Assembly: GCA_964019425.1 (NCBI GenBank)
Contig: OZ025801.1
Coordinates: 1,054,001-1,118,000 of the forward strand
Direction: 5' to 3'
Source of the DNA: Flectonema sp. DT1601
Lineage: Eukaryota
Length of the DNA: 64,000 nt
Shown: positions 34,508 through 46,371 of the stretch, piece by piece
Layout of the letters: each line of letters starts with the position of its first letter
Numbering within the stretch: the stretch's first letter is position 1
The notes under the pieces: model-generated
What the model was told of the DNA's origin: nothing
Database searches by the model: none
The model's input: the letters and a program-made list of their open reading frames with translations, nothing else
Program-made: the position numbers and the translations under genes

Positions 34508-35553
34508 TCAGATGGTCATCTGGGTTAGTGGTTATTCGTGAAATTATAAAAAAAAAAAAAAAAAAACGTTTCCCAGCTATTTTGTTCGTCATCTTCATGT
34601 AAAACCAGACTAGCTAAGGTTTTTCTCTTTACCCCCGTCTCATTCTCTCTCTTCAATATAACTGAGCACCTCTTAGAATATCGTTGTTTAGTAATGGATA
34701 CGTGAATTTTCTCTGTCCGCCAGAGCCGTCTTCGATGCCGTGTAGTACCTGAAAATACAGAATTGAACATCGTTCTTGTGTCTGGTTTCTTAACAAGTGT
34801 TTTTATCAGTAGTATCACTACAAGAAGTCTCTACTAATTAAATAAAGGATTCAAAGAGTGCTGTTGTTCTTCAAGTAGGAGTTATCATCTTTCCTGTCGT
34901 CTATTTTTTTCAAAATGAAATGTTTCGTTACGCGCTTTATTAATTATGGTAGCGTACGTCTGTTGTGTTGGGAATCCACGAAATGCACGGCTGCGCAAAC
35001 GGTCCTTGGTAACGCGTGAGACTTTCAGTATTTTTTTGCAGTTTGGAGCTTGTGCGAAATAACATAAATATCATGCACAAAATCCTTCCTCAGATTACAA
35101 CCCGCGATGATTAATGATCGTGTCAGCGGAAACGTCTTTCAACTTCAGTGTTGAAGGATCACCCTTCGTGAGGACCCTTTTTTTAAAATTTAATTTACTA
35201 TTCGCAATTTCTTTCTCTCTCTCGAACGATCGATTAGCCCCTTCCCTTTCTTTTTTAAAAAAAAAAAAAAAAAAAAAGGAACGAAGGGGCAGATTTCCGT
35301 TATATTTTTCCGATTTTTTCCCTCTTCTATATATAAGTTCATGTGTTCAGCAACATTCATCGTATTTGTGTGTTTCTGTTTTACACATTGAAGCCAATTT
35401 GACGGGGTATCGTTCTTTGTCATAATTTGTTTCTTCGCATTGCCTGCAATATGTTTTAATTTTTTTTTTGTTTTTGTAACAGGAAAAAAAGGGAATAAAA
35501 AATAGATGCCACGGAAATAGTTTCCGTCAGGAGATTTATAAAGCACGGCAGTA

Positions 35554-36340
35554 ATGGCCCTAAAAAAGGAAGAGAAGAGTGAGCCTTTGATTCTAAAGGT
35601 CAAAGAAGAGAATGCAAGTATGTATACTTTTAATATATTTTAAAAATAACTGTCAGCTGAGTTTGGATGAAGTAACAACAAAAATATCCCAAAAAAGGTG
35701 TGGAAGAAGATATCGATGCGCACATTAGTAACCTTCAGCAACAAATTGAAAATATTGAAAAAGAACAGGTGTGAAAACCTTTATATTTATTCTTATTTTT
35801 ATCAAATCAACCCACGGCGACAATAGTAATACTAACAAACAGGAAGCATCCGAGAGGGTATCTTCTTCAGCCCTTACTAATAGCGACGCTTCTTACTGGC
35901 AAAAGAAGCGAGAGACAGACTTACGGTCTGTTTACGTTGGTCAAATTGACTACAGTGTGACTCCAGAAGAATTAGCAACTCTAATGGGAGTTGCTGGAGT
36001 CGTAAACAGAGTTACTCTTCTAACGGATAAATGGACTGGCTATCCAAAAGGATCTGGTTACGTAGAATACGAGTCCTTACTGAGCGCATCCAAGGCACTA
36101 AAACTCAACCAAGTTGTCTATCGGGGTAGGTTCTTAAGAATTGAACAAAAAAGAACAAATGTCCCTTGGTTCATAGCATCTCGATACGGTGGATATGATG
36201 CTATTCCTTTTGGTTTAAATGGTCGTGTTGCAGGTGCCACCAGACAGGGTCTTCAGGCCCGTGCATGGTTCACTCATACTGTTGGTCAAAATAGATTTGT
36301 TCCGTACTCTAAACCACAACCTGCAGGGAAGGCAGCATAA
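35554..36340 (+). CDS. PABPN1: Nuclear poly(A)-binding protein (PABPN1/PAB2-like), single RRM (exons 35554-35617, 35698-35768, 35843-36340)
   Basis: The spliced product MALKKEEK...ENASVEEDIDAHISNLQQQIENIEKEQEAS gives the coiled coil. It continues with RSVYVGQIDY, VNRVTLLTDKWTGYPKGSGYVEY, KRTNVP and a C-terminal PY. Intron 2 contains TACTAAC. Confidence 0.85.
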
Positions 36341-36709
36341 AAAGCTATGCTAATAATCGAATTATATTTGTTAGCAAGCAGAGTTAGTACAAGTTATGTC
36401 GACTTGTTTTGTGCAGAGCACTAGAGCGACCCTGCTGTGGTATTGTTGAGATTTATTGACAAGTACCCCCGCCTGGTTTTATTCTTGATGAATATATATG
36501 ATTCTTTTTCTTTTACTTCATTCAATACTTCCCAGTTACAAAAGGTACCTCTACAGGTGGATTTATCTGTTTGTTGTTTGTGATGGATGTTTGACCTTCT
36601 GCTTGGATGGATAAAAACAAAATATAAATAACTACTGCTACCCATTACCGTTATAGTTGATAACGTCTAATGTTACTTTTATCTCATCAGTTTACATTCT
36701 GTTCATTAA

Positions 36710-39407
36710 ATGGCTAAGGAAGTGATATTACTGTTACTGTTGCTATTCAAAGAAGTATACTCATTGGATTCTGTAGCCTGCAAAGGAGGAACAGCTGAGT
36801 TTTCTAACAAGTCCGATGATACGATTAATTGCTTGGGAACTAATTGTAAGAATTGCAACATGAATTGTCAACCAAAAAGAGCATGCACGGCAATATGCCA
36901 AGCAGAAGATTCATGTGCGGGAACTAACTTATCATGCTCAACGACAACAGGAAGCTGTACCATTGAATGCAGAGGGATGCATTCTTGCAAAGGGGCTGTA
37001 ATAACTTGTCCTATTGGATCTACCTGTAGCGTATTATGCAGTGGATATCAATCATGTAGTGGCTTAACTATATTACAACACACTGGATACGGCATCACTT
37101 ATGGGGAACTCATTATCGATTGTAAAACAGAAGATGCCTGCATTGGATCAAATATCTCTTGTTCTAATAAAGGAGGTTGTGATATTAATTGTTCAGATCA
37201 GAGATCTTGTGAAAGTATTACTGTTACAGGTGGTGATGGTTCTTCTCCTCTAAGTCTTACATGTGGAGACAATTCATGTGGAGATTCTAAAGTGACATGT
37301 CCATCAACAGGTTCCTGTACAGTTAATTGTATTGATGGAAGTTCTTCTTGTAAGGGAATGGACATCAGAGGACAATCACTACAAACTGGAAGCTTGGAAC
37401 TAAATTGTATTTCAAGAAGAGCTTGTGTTTCTGTGAATGTCACGTGTCCTCTTTCTGGTAGTTGTGATGTTACTTGTCAAAATCAAGAATCCTGCTCTAA
37501 GAATTCAGTTACTTGTCCACGAGCAGGGGATTGCACTGTTTCCTGTTCAGGCACATCAAGTTGTAAGGGCGCTACTTGGAACCACAACAGGGGAAGTACC
37601 AGTGGCTACACAGATATTAAGTGCGGAGAACAACATGCGTGCACGAATACAATTCTTCAGTGTGGTGTTGGAATTTGTAAGAGAGACTGCTCTGCAAAAA
37701 ACTCCTGTGAGCGGTCTTCTGTTGATTGCGCTGCTGCCGCACTGCTGCGATATAACATGCTCGGGTACTAAAAGTTGCACCAGTAGCAACATGAAGTGTG
37801 CATCAGGTCAACCGCATTGCAACTTGAAATGCGGAGGGAATGCAGCCTGCACCTCCCTGAAAGTCGAAGGTACTTTCCAGCCTGTTTGCACCGATACTAG
37901 TATTTGTACGAAATACATTTTTGATATCGCGAATAGCAGCAACACTACTTTTATTCCTGCTAAGCTAACAGTAAAGACTCCGGTGCCGACGAATGTTTCG
38001 ACGATAGCGCCGCGAGGATTGACGAAAGCTGATAAAAAAACTGTCAGCACAGCGGGCAGCACGGCATCAGCGTTGACGGTGGCATCCCCCACGTCAGTTG
38101 CTTCAGCTGGAAGGTTATCATTGATAAGGAACTTGGGATGCAGTGTTGATGATGTCGATCTTCAGGAATCAGAGAATCTTGACTGGGAGTTTCACCCAAG
38201 CAGATTGGCAATAAATCTTTCGGATGACGAACACAAATATATGATTGGAGCCCTTATAATGAATCCTCTCTTGTTGGTTTCTATTTTATTATTACTTCTC
38301 GTAATTAGTAAAATGATTTCTACCTACAATGGAATAACATATTCAAAAGTGTTGGGGACTTGGAAGACACCAGGGATAGTTTTCATACCTTATCTATTCT
38401 TACTTCAGGGGACTAGTCTGGTTGCTACTCGACTGGTGTTCGATTCACCTGCTGCAGTTGCTGTACTCTCGTCTGTTGTTTTCTTGTCTTGTATCGGATC
38501 ACCTGTTCTGTTATATTATTATGTGTTGAGAAACGTTCAGTCAAAAGCTATTCAGATACCTGATCCTCGCCTACACCCCGACGATCTCATAGTCAAGGAG
38601 TTAATCTCTGAAGGAGAACCCATTGAACCATACAAAGGTTGGAAAGCTTTGGCTTATAAATTTATAGTCGGTGATCGTATTTGGGTTTCTCGCGATAGCG
38701 ATTCGTATTTTGCTGAGAAATTTGGTGTTGTGTTTGAATCCTACAGAGAAGGGAAAACTTGGTTCGTATTGATTGACATTGGAGTAATGCTTACTCTGAG
38801 TATATTATCAGCGTGGCATCCTGGTAACAATGCTACAATGTGTGGGAGTAGAAATATTTTAATCTGCTTGCTGTTTTTATCATTTTTAATCGCAATTGTT
38901 TTCTACAAACCATTCTGTGCTGCTCTTGATAACCTTCTATCTGCATTGTTAGCTGGCATGATGTTCATCGCTGTTCTATTTATGACAATTGGGTTACTAA
39001 CATCCGCTGAAGGGGGGCTGTTATTTACACTCGCTGCATGGTGTCTATTGATATCAGCAATCCTAGTAGCTATTAAAGCAGTATGGGATATCGTATTGTA
39101 TGGTATTATCATCTACGTCTCTCGTAGAGCTACGACTAGGAAAGTTTTCAGAACCAAAGCTGCCATCATCTCTTTCGTAATTGAAGAACCTAAAGAAATG
39201 GAAGACGTTGTGAATGTGGATGCCCACGATCCTCTTTCTATTTCATTGAATGAATCTCTTCTTGAAGATAATAAACATGAAGTTCTATCGAATTCATTTT
39301 ATAAAATATCATCTACTAACCGACTTATTCCTCCTGTTGATCCATTCGCTACTTCATTTGGTAGTAGCAGCAGACGGATAATAATACATTGTAGAGGAGT
39401 GATGTAG
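36710..39407 (+). pseudogene. Cys-rich multipass surface protein split by a frameshift near 37730-37743 (pseudogene or assembly error); paralog of 46372-49146
   Basis: Frame A (signal peptide plus Cys repeats) reads to ...SVDCAAAA. Frame B resumes at CCDITCSGTKSC and continues into a TM region highly similar to the intact paralog (IPYLFLLQGTSL, GKTWF, RNxLICLLFL). Confidence 0.75.
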
Positions 39408-39770
39408 TCATCGTCTTGTACTGACACTGTTTTATTCATACTAGTGGAGTCAACATAATTAAGATGTTCCTTACAATACTTGACGCTTGCGGCAGTGTTG
39501 TGTTTCAGTATCCTTGTTTTCCCTCTCCCTTTGCATTACACACCGGTTGCACACAAATAAAAACAAAGTGAGAATTATTTAGTGAGGTGCCGATTCTTTT
39601 TTTGTTGTTATCAAGGCGCCGCTGCAATGAAAATTCGAACAGCGAGACACTAAATATTAAGATTTCTTACAATATGTTTCACTACATGAAATACTTAACA
39701 TTTGATGTCCTAGTTTGCGTATTCCATTAGTGTTATCCAGATCGCGTCTTCTCAAATGTATTTCTTTAAA

Positions 39771-39990
39771 TGGTGATACTCTTTTTTTATTCTCCCTCTC
39801 TTTTTCAAAAACTTTCAAAAAGATTAGTATTATCTATTGTCATGTTTTATAACTAACGAATTTTTAATTCGATTTTGTTGTTGTTTTTTTTTAATTGACT
39901 CACACTGGTAATCGAATTGTTGGACTTGGCGTATACCAATGTGGTGATGCTGTTTTATTCTCCCTCTCTTTTTCAAAAATTTCAAAAGAT
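39771..39990 (+). repeat. Imperfect ~50-nt direct repeat (39771-39824 and 39942-39990)
   Basis: Both copies read TGGTGAT...TTTTATTCTCCCTCTCTTTTTCAAAAA(C)TTTCAAAA(A)GAT. Confidence 0.8.
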
Positions 39991-40846
39991 AAATATAAAA
40001 TCTATTTTTCATCCGTTGTTATTACCGTTCCTGTATTTCGTTAAAAGGAAATCCATTGCTGTTGGTTTCGTTATTTATTTCTCTGACCATAGCTTTATAT
40101 TTACTCCACTTTATTCGACTTTTCTTCGAGTTTCCGTTCTTTTTTTTTTTTTTTTTTTTTTGTACCGACGTAGTCGGGAGAAGAAACTATTCAGATTGAA
40201 AGCCGTTATTTCCTATGGTCTCATCTGTCTGTAAATACGAGGCTAATCCGAATGGTTTTTTTTTTTTTTTTTTTTTTTTTTTCAAAAGGAAGATAAAGAT
40301 TTACCCTTTATGATCAAATTCATAACAGTTCTCGAACTGGATATTTATCATCATTGTCATGACCGTTGGCATTTAACTGCGTCGTTGTTGGGAGTGAGGT
40401 ATCTATCCAAATCCATCACCTGCGTTTTTTAAAAAAAGATAAAATAAAAACATAAAATTAAGAATCCGTTCCATCAATAGAACTGATTGACTTCTTTGTA
40501 TCCGATGGTATTGCTGATATCAGGAGGTGAGTTAGTTGTTATTATTATTATTATCTTTTCTTTCTAATAAGTACCCACCCCCCGCTATTGATGAATGACT
40601 TTTTAACTTCGGTTAAGTGTAAGTTGTAACGGACTACAGGGTATGGGACGCTCAACCTGTTAGCCAGATTTGACAACGTCTTCTGGTCAGTAAGACAAAA
40701 AATATGGTTTTCTCTTTTTATGTCTTCTTTGATTAGCAACTACAAATATTTTTCAGTCAAGTACTTAATGATATTAGTTTTGTTTTTAATACCTAAAGTT
40801 GTTACTGTTTTCACATTGTCAAAGTTTCACCCCCCGCCATTGATGG

Positions 40847-42559
40847 ATGACGAAGGGTGTGCGAGGAGCTGCCGCCAGTAGCGTTTCTTTAAAAAGTACC
40901 GACGGCAGGCAACTCGTCATCCGATTTGGAAAGGACGAGGCCTACTGCAGCATCGATGGAGGAGATGCTCACACTGTAAAGGAAGTTCGATATATTAAAA
41001 AACAACAGAAATTGTTCTTTCCGAGAACCAAACTTCAAGGGATAAAGATAAGTGAGAAGGACTATGAAAGAGAGCTTCAGATATTAGAAGGAGCATTAGA
41101 TACTCGTGGGATTGAAAACGATATCGACAGTGTGAAGAAACAACCGATAGAGAAAAAAATAGTAGTTTCAGTAGGCGATCACGTAAAGGCTGAAAACCAC
41201 GCTGAAACAAAAGTATACAGAGTTGTTAGAGAAATGAAAGCATGGAATCGCTATGAATTGGAAGACTGTTCTTTCGGAGACATAATCTGGAGAGATGCAA
41301 AGGCATTGACATTGTGGCCCAACAGTAGACCGGCCATTGGTTGGGATCCTCTCATGTGTGACCACGGTACTGATCATGAGAACATCTTAGAAGCACCTGA
41401 GCGACCAACCAGAACAAAACACCTGTGGGAGCACTTACTTTCATTAAATATTTTGGATTCTTGTTGCGTACAACCTACAATGCAGCAATGCTTTCCTTCA
41501 GAATTAGAATTATCAAAACGAATGGAATACTTGAAAGAAATTATTTGTTCTATTCACACCAAATCACATTATGAGAAAGTAATGGCAGGCGACTCATCTT
41601 GTATCAAAGACGTTGCGAATAGTGCTGAAACACAAATGTCTGAAGGAACAGCTAAAGCAGCCATAACAGCAGTTGATACCTGTTTACGATTAGCTGATGA
41701 AGTCATTCAAGGGAATGCCCCTTCAGGTATCGCAATCGTAAGACCTCCTGGACACCATGCTGAAGCTGATTTCGCAATGGGATTCTGTTACTTTAACAAC
41801 ATTGCAATCACAGCTGCTGCTCTCTTAATGAGAACTTCTATTAAGAAAGTTGCAATCTTAGACTGGGACGTCCATCATGGAAATGGAATTCAAAACGCAT
41901 TTTATTCTTCCGATGAAGTCTTGTACATCTCTTTACATGTCTATGCGAATGGGAAGTTCTATCCTGGAACTGGAAGACTACAAGAAACTGGAGCTGAAGC
42001 AGGACGGGGTCACAACATAAACATAGCGTGGTCCGAAATAGGAGCTGGGGACACTGACTGCGACATAGCATTTGAAGTCCTAGTGATGCCAGTGTTACGT
42101 CAGTTTGGTGCAGATGTACTTCTCGTGTCGTCAGGTTTTGATGCTGCTGACGGAGATCCATTAGGTCAGTGTAAAGTAACTCCGAATGGATTCTCAAGGA
42201 TGACAGAACATATTCTAACATTATCAAATTGTAAGATCATCGCAGCATTAGAAGGAGGATATGATTTAAACTGTCTTGGTGATTGTACTACTTCAGTACT
42301 ACAGATGCTTCAAAAACACTCAATTGTTCCTCCAAAACGTACCCCACTAACCCTCTCACCAGACTTGTACAACACTACGACATCTGTTTGGTCTGATGTT
42401 AGACCTTCTTCGGTGTATAATTTGTTTGATGTTGTTTCTATTCTTCAAAAGCATTGGTCGTGCCTAACAGAACCTCTCGAGTTCCTAAAAGACGCAGCCT
42501 CTCACATCCGTGGAAAAGAAACAGCCAGATTACTGCGAAAGCGCTTTGAAGTTGAATAA
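40847..42559 (+). CDS. Class II histone deacetylase (Hda1/HDAC6-like catalytic domain) with an N-terminal extension
   Basis: PERPTR, RPPGHHAE, GFCYFNN, DWDVHHGNG, FYPGTG, SGFDAADGDPLG and LEGGY. Catalytic residues are intact. Confidence 0.93.
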   Translation: MTKGVRGAAASSVSLKSTDGRQLVIRFGKDEAYCSIDGGDAHTVKEVRYIKKQQKLFFPRTKLQGIKISEKDYERELQILEGALDTRGIENDIDSVKKQPIEKKIVVSVGDHVKAENHAETKVYRVVREMKAWNRYELEDCSFGDIIWRDAKALTLWPNSRPAIGWDPLMCDHGTDHENILEAPERPTRTKHLWEHLLSLNILDSCCVQPTMQQCFPSELELSKRMEYLKEIICSIHTKSHYEKVMAGDSSCIKDVANSAETQMSEGTAKAAITAVDTCLRLADEVIQGNAPSGIAIVRPPGHHAEADFAMGFCYFNNIAITAAALLMRTSIKKVAILDWDVHHGNGIQNAFYSSDEVLYISLHVYANGKFYPGTGRLQETGAEAGRGHNINIAWSEIGAGDTDCDIAFEVLVMPVLRQFGADVLLVSSGFDAADGDPLGQCKVTPNGFSRMTEHILTLSNCKIIAALEGGYDLNCLGDCTTSVLQMLQKHSIVPPKRTPLTLSPDLYNTTTSVWSDVRPSSVYNLFDVVSILQKHWSCLTEPLEFLKDAASHIRGKETARLLRKRFEVE

Positions 42560-43141
42560 GGAAATTGTTTTGGTACTAAAGAGTTAAACATCAGTTAGAA
42601 GAGGCGACCCTTCGGCTATTGACTTACGATGAGTCAATTATTTATGTTATCGATCACGCTTTCTGTATTTGCATGTTTTTTTTTGTAGGAAGCTTTTTTT
42701 TTTGTTCCCCAACAACCGCCTGATCTCGGCACCTTTTTGATAGTTTGTTGCTTTGCTTTGTTACCAATGCAGGCTCTTCAATGAGTAGGTGAATGTGAAA
42801 GACGACTTTTCACTTTTTTTTCCTTCATTTCTTTCACGTGGTATTAACAAGCTCAGTGTCAAAAAAAAAAAAAAAAAAAAAAAAAAAGATTGGCAGCACG
42901 TTAACCTATCCCCTTCGAAGCTACTAAAGAGTGTGGTAGCTGCCTTTCAGTGAGACAAGGATCAGGTGAATGTGGAACGTAGTAGCAGACTCGGCATAAG
43001 CCGTATGACCAAATAGGTCGTTAGGTGATGCTTCTGCATCTCCAACTGTTGACATAGCTTCGTGCGGAATAGGTGAATAAAATATATTGTGTTTGAGGCT
43101 CTGTGAGAGTCATTTGAAACTTTAATTTTGTGTTCTATTTT

Positions 43142-43168
43142 ATTTGATTTGATTTGATTTGATTTGAT
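43142..43168. repeat. (ATTTG)n microsatellite
   Basis: About 5 tandem copies, read directly from the sequence. Confidence 0.85.
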
Positions 43169-43229
43169 TATTGAGTGGCTGGTCTGACTGGTATTATTAG
43201 CTTCTCAAATCTCACAGTTAACATAAAAG

Positions 43230-44279
43230 ATGTCGTGTTCGACTGAACCAGTCCCCCGAACATGGGGAGATTGGGAATCCCGTGTAAATGAAGGAGGGAG
43301 TTATTATTATTATAATACAACAGATGAGCTGACTTCTTATGAGCAACCCATCGGATGGGGATGGAGAGCGGAATGGAGTAAAACAAAACATAATTGGTTT
43401 TATCACAATGTGACCACTGGTGAAGTTGTTTGGAAACCACCAGCTGAAATCCCATACTCAGTAATAGTAATCAGAAAAGGTAATGAACATATTCCTCATC
43501 CGTTGAAATGGAAAGATTGGATTGCTTCGTTGTCAAAGACACATGACAATTGGTTTTATTTTTCTACCATCACACGAGTCACTACTTGGAGTAGACCATC
43601 TGGATGGGGAGGCATATCAACAGAAGAAGACACTGACGGTGAAAGCACAGAATCCGTCTGCAGTGTTGTTGACGTATCAAATAATAGAATTCCTCAGTCA
43701 TGTGATTCTGTTTCTCATTCTCAAACTAATTCTGAAAAACTTCATTTAGTTCAGAGAATGACATCTGAAGAGAGAATAAAAGAAGCTATAGTAATGACTA
43801 AGAATCTTGAATTAGACTCCGCTGAAGTCCGATTTCACGTAGATTGCGGAGACTTTGGTCGTCCGGTAACAGCATCAGGCATTCTATCTAATTGGAATCC
43901 TGCGAGTAAAGGTCACGAAGTGTTCGCTGCTTCTGTTGGTAATCAACAAGTTGGTCATGTCGAATTGTTATCTTATAAAGTAAATCCGAGTATGTTATGG
44001 TGTCATTGGTCTGGTGTTGAGTCTTACACAGTTCTTGCATATGTTTATGTTTTTCCTCGCCATCGTAATAAAAGATTTGGTACTAAGATGGTAAGAGAAG
44101 CCTGTCGGCATGCATTCGAAATGCAGTCTCCGTCAAAAAAAGTTTGCCTTCTTCTGGAAGAGTCTAACTTAAGTCTCATCAGATTTTATAACAACATCGG
44201 GTTTAAAGTTACTGATCAGATATTTCAGAGGGAAGAGGCGAAATTGCTTTTGTTAGAAATGGAAAAAAAGCCTAAATAA
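43230..44279 (+). CDS. Triple WW-domain protein with a C-terminal GNAT acetyltransferase domain
   Basis: Three W..YY/FY.N..T.W.P-type WW units. GNAT motif A is LAYVYVFPRHRNKRFGTKMV and motif B is NLSLIRFYNNIGF. Confidence 0.85.
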   Translation: MSCSTEPVPRTWGDWESRVNEGGSYYYYNTTDELTSYEQPIGWGWRAEWSKTKHNWFYHNVTTGEVVWKPPAEIPYSVIVIRKGNEHIPHPLKWKDWIASLSKTHDNWFYFSTITRVTTWSRPSGWGGISTEEDTDGESTESVCSVVDVSNNRIPQSCDSVSHSQTNSEKLHLVQRMTSEERIKEAIVMTKNLELDSAEVRFHVDCGDFGRPVTASGILSNWNPASKGHEVFAASVGNQQVGHVELLSYKVNPSMLWCHWSGVESYTVLAYVYVFPRHRNKRFGTKMVREACRHAFEMQSPSKKVCLLLEESNLSLIRFYNNIGFKVTDQIFQREEAKLLLLEMEKKPK

Positions 44280-46230
44280 GTTCCTAAGTTTTTTTTTTTT
44301 TTTTTAAATTTTTATTTTTCAATAACAAACGCAAATTGCGAAATTATTTACCAAGTTCGTGTATTTACTCTTTTCTCTAACATCTTTCCACTTGAGTCTC
44401 CCCAACAGGAAGTGCCGTCTTTGTCGTGTCCTTTGCTGGGCATCGATTGCTTTACGCTGGCACGAGTATTTTTTTTTTTTTTTTTTTTTACTAACAAAAC
44501 CTATTATTCGGTAGAAAGAGAATCGTGTCGGCAACCTCTTCCTTTTATTATAGTTTTGTATTGCGCCACAAAACAAAGGGCGCGTAAAACAAAGTGAAGT
44601 TGGCCGATTAGTTCCTTTTTTTTTTCCCGTTCTTTTTTTTTTTTCTTTTTTACAAAGCAAAGTAACGTGAGCGTTTTTTTTTTTACACAACAATAGAAAA
44701 CAAAAAGTCAGTTGGCTTTGCATAATCTTTTTTTAGTAAAAAAAAATAAGAGTTTTTTTTTTTCTCACTTTTTGTGTGTTACAAAAGAGTTGAAAATAAT
44801 CCCTTCGATGTATTTTTTTTTTAATTAAAATTTAAATTTAAAAATAATATAATTAGGAGAGGTTGGGTTAATCTCTCTCGGAGGAGTTCTTCTCTCAATT
44901 TAAGTTAATTAAAAAAAAAAAAAAAAAAATCTATTTAATCCGTGACATTGCATGCGCTTATATTAGTTGATTGCTTTATTGGTAATTCCAACGACAAACA
45001 ATGTGAGTCGTTTACTGGTTTGATTAGTATTCTTGTTTTGCGTTTTCTGAACCTCAGAGTTTATAATCTGTGGTACAATTTTTTTTTTTTTTTTTTTTTT
45101 TATATCATTTCCGTGCTGTATAACTCTATTGAAAAAAAAAAGCTCTGCGTGCGCCCCAAAAAAAAAAAAAAAAAAAAAAAAAAAACGGGACGTGCGAGAT
45201 GCAAACAGCTCCCCGTATGGAAAAAAAATATCAGTCAGTAGGAAAATTTCGGTCTTGTTATTTTGTGTATCAGTTTTGGTTTTGTTTTTAGTCCTTTAAC
45301 CAAATCGTGTTGAAAGAGAATCGTGGCGAAACAATTGTTCCCATTTTTTTTTAAACATTATTAGCACACGAAAACTTACCTCCTTTTTGGTAAAAATAGT
45401 TCCTTTTTTTTTTCTCTTCTCGTACTTGTTTCTCTCCTTCATTCATTAATAAACCTTACTGTTAATGTGACAAAAAAAAAAAAAAAAACTGGAAAATAAT
45501 ATAATCCACTCTTCGTTGTATTGTTGAAGTCAATTTTAAGGTTTTCTTTTTTCGTATCTCATCTTCTTCTTTGAGTTGTTTTGTTTTCTTTTTTAATTCA
45601 GAGGTAGTTGGATGTCATAATTCGATTCCTCTTCTTGTTTAGTTGCATTATCGAAGTGTGGTTTCGGGGGAGGTAGTTTTTGAAGCCACCTGACCGATCT
45701 TGTAAGAATCCAAAAAAGATATTAATTATCGTAGTCCCCCCTAGCCTTCGTTGTTATGTTATCGTATCTTGATTCGTGAATTCTATTTGATCACGTGAGA
45801 CTTATCGATCGTTTTTTTTGTAGTAACCTGCTGTACCTGTTGGTAGTCCGAAGTGTGTTATTCCTCTCGTGTGTGATATTAACAAATAAAACATTGTGGC
45901 GTGTTGTTCTCTTCTTCCTTCTCCTCAGTATGTAGTGAATGTGGAAATAAAATCTTTCTTCCACTTCTATAGAATTGTTTTCGCTTTTTTAGTTCTGTTG
46001 TAACTAACAAGCTGGCGCTTAGCATGTGAATCTCTGTAGTCCTTGCTCTGTAAAGTTCCATTGTTTTCTTTTTTTTTCTCTCTTTCGATAATTTCTTACG
46101 TTTGGATTTGGTTTCATTTCCCACATTTTTATTTTTTTTTAAATTTTCTTTTGTAGTATAAGTTATGTGGTTTGAGGTAAAATTTTTAAGAAAAAATAAC
46201 AATAAATATAACCCCCACCAGCCACCCATT

Positions 46231-46288
46231 CAACAGGGGAACACACAAAGACAGACCACAACAGGGAACACACAAAGACAGACCACAA
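46231..46288 (+). repeat. Two-copy ~28-nt tandem repeat upstream of the Cys-rich gene
   Basis: CAACAGGG(G)AACACACAAAGACAGACCA occurs twice in tandem. Confidence 0.85.
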
Positions 46289-46371
46289 GATTATTTATTT
46301 GGAAGTAGTAACCAGTAGTCTTTACTCATTAACGATAAGTAGTATAAAATATTATATTTCAACAGAATTCA

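Noticed and set aside
35612..35697. Apparent frameshift in the PABPN1-like 5' region if the CAG at 35656 is the acceptor
   Set aside because: Using ATG 35554 and the AAG acceptor at 35697 gives a clean in-frame model.
46231..46288. Short direct repeats as a CRISPR array
   Set aside because: Only two adjacent copies, no spacers, no cas genes, and a eukaryotic context.
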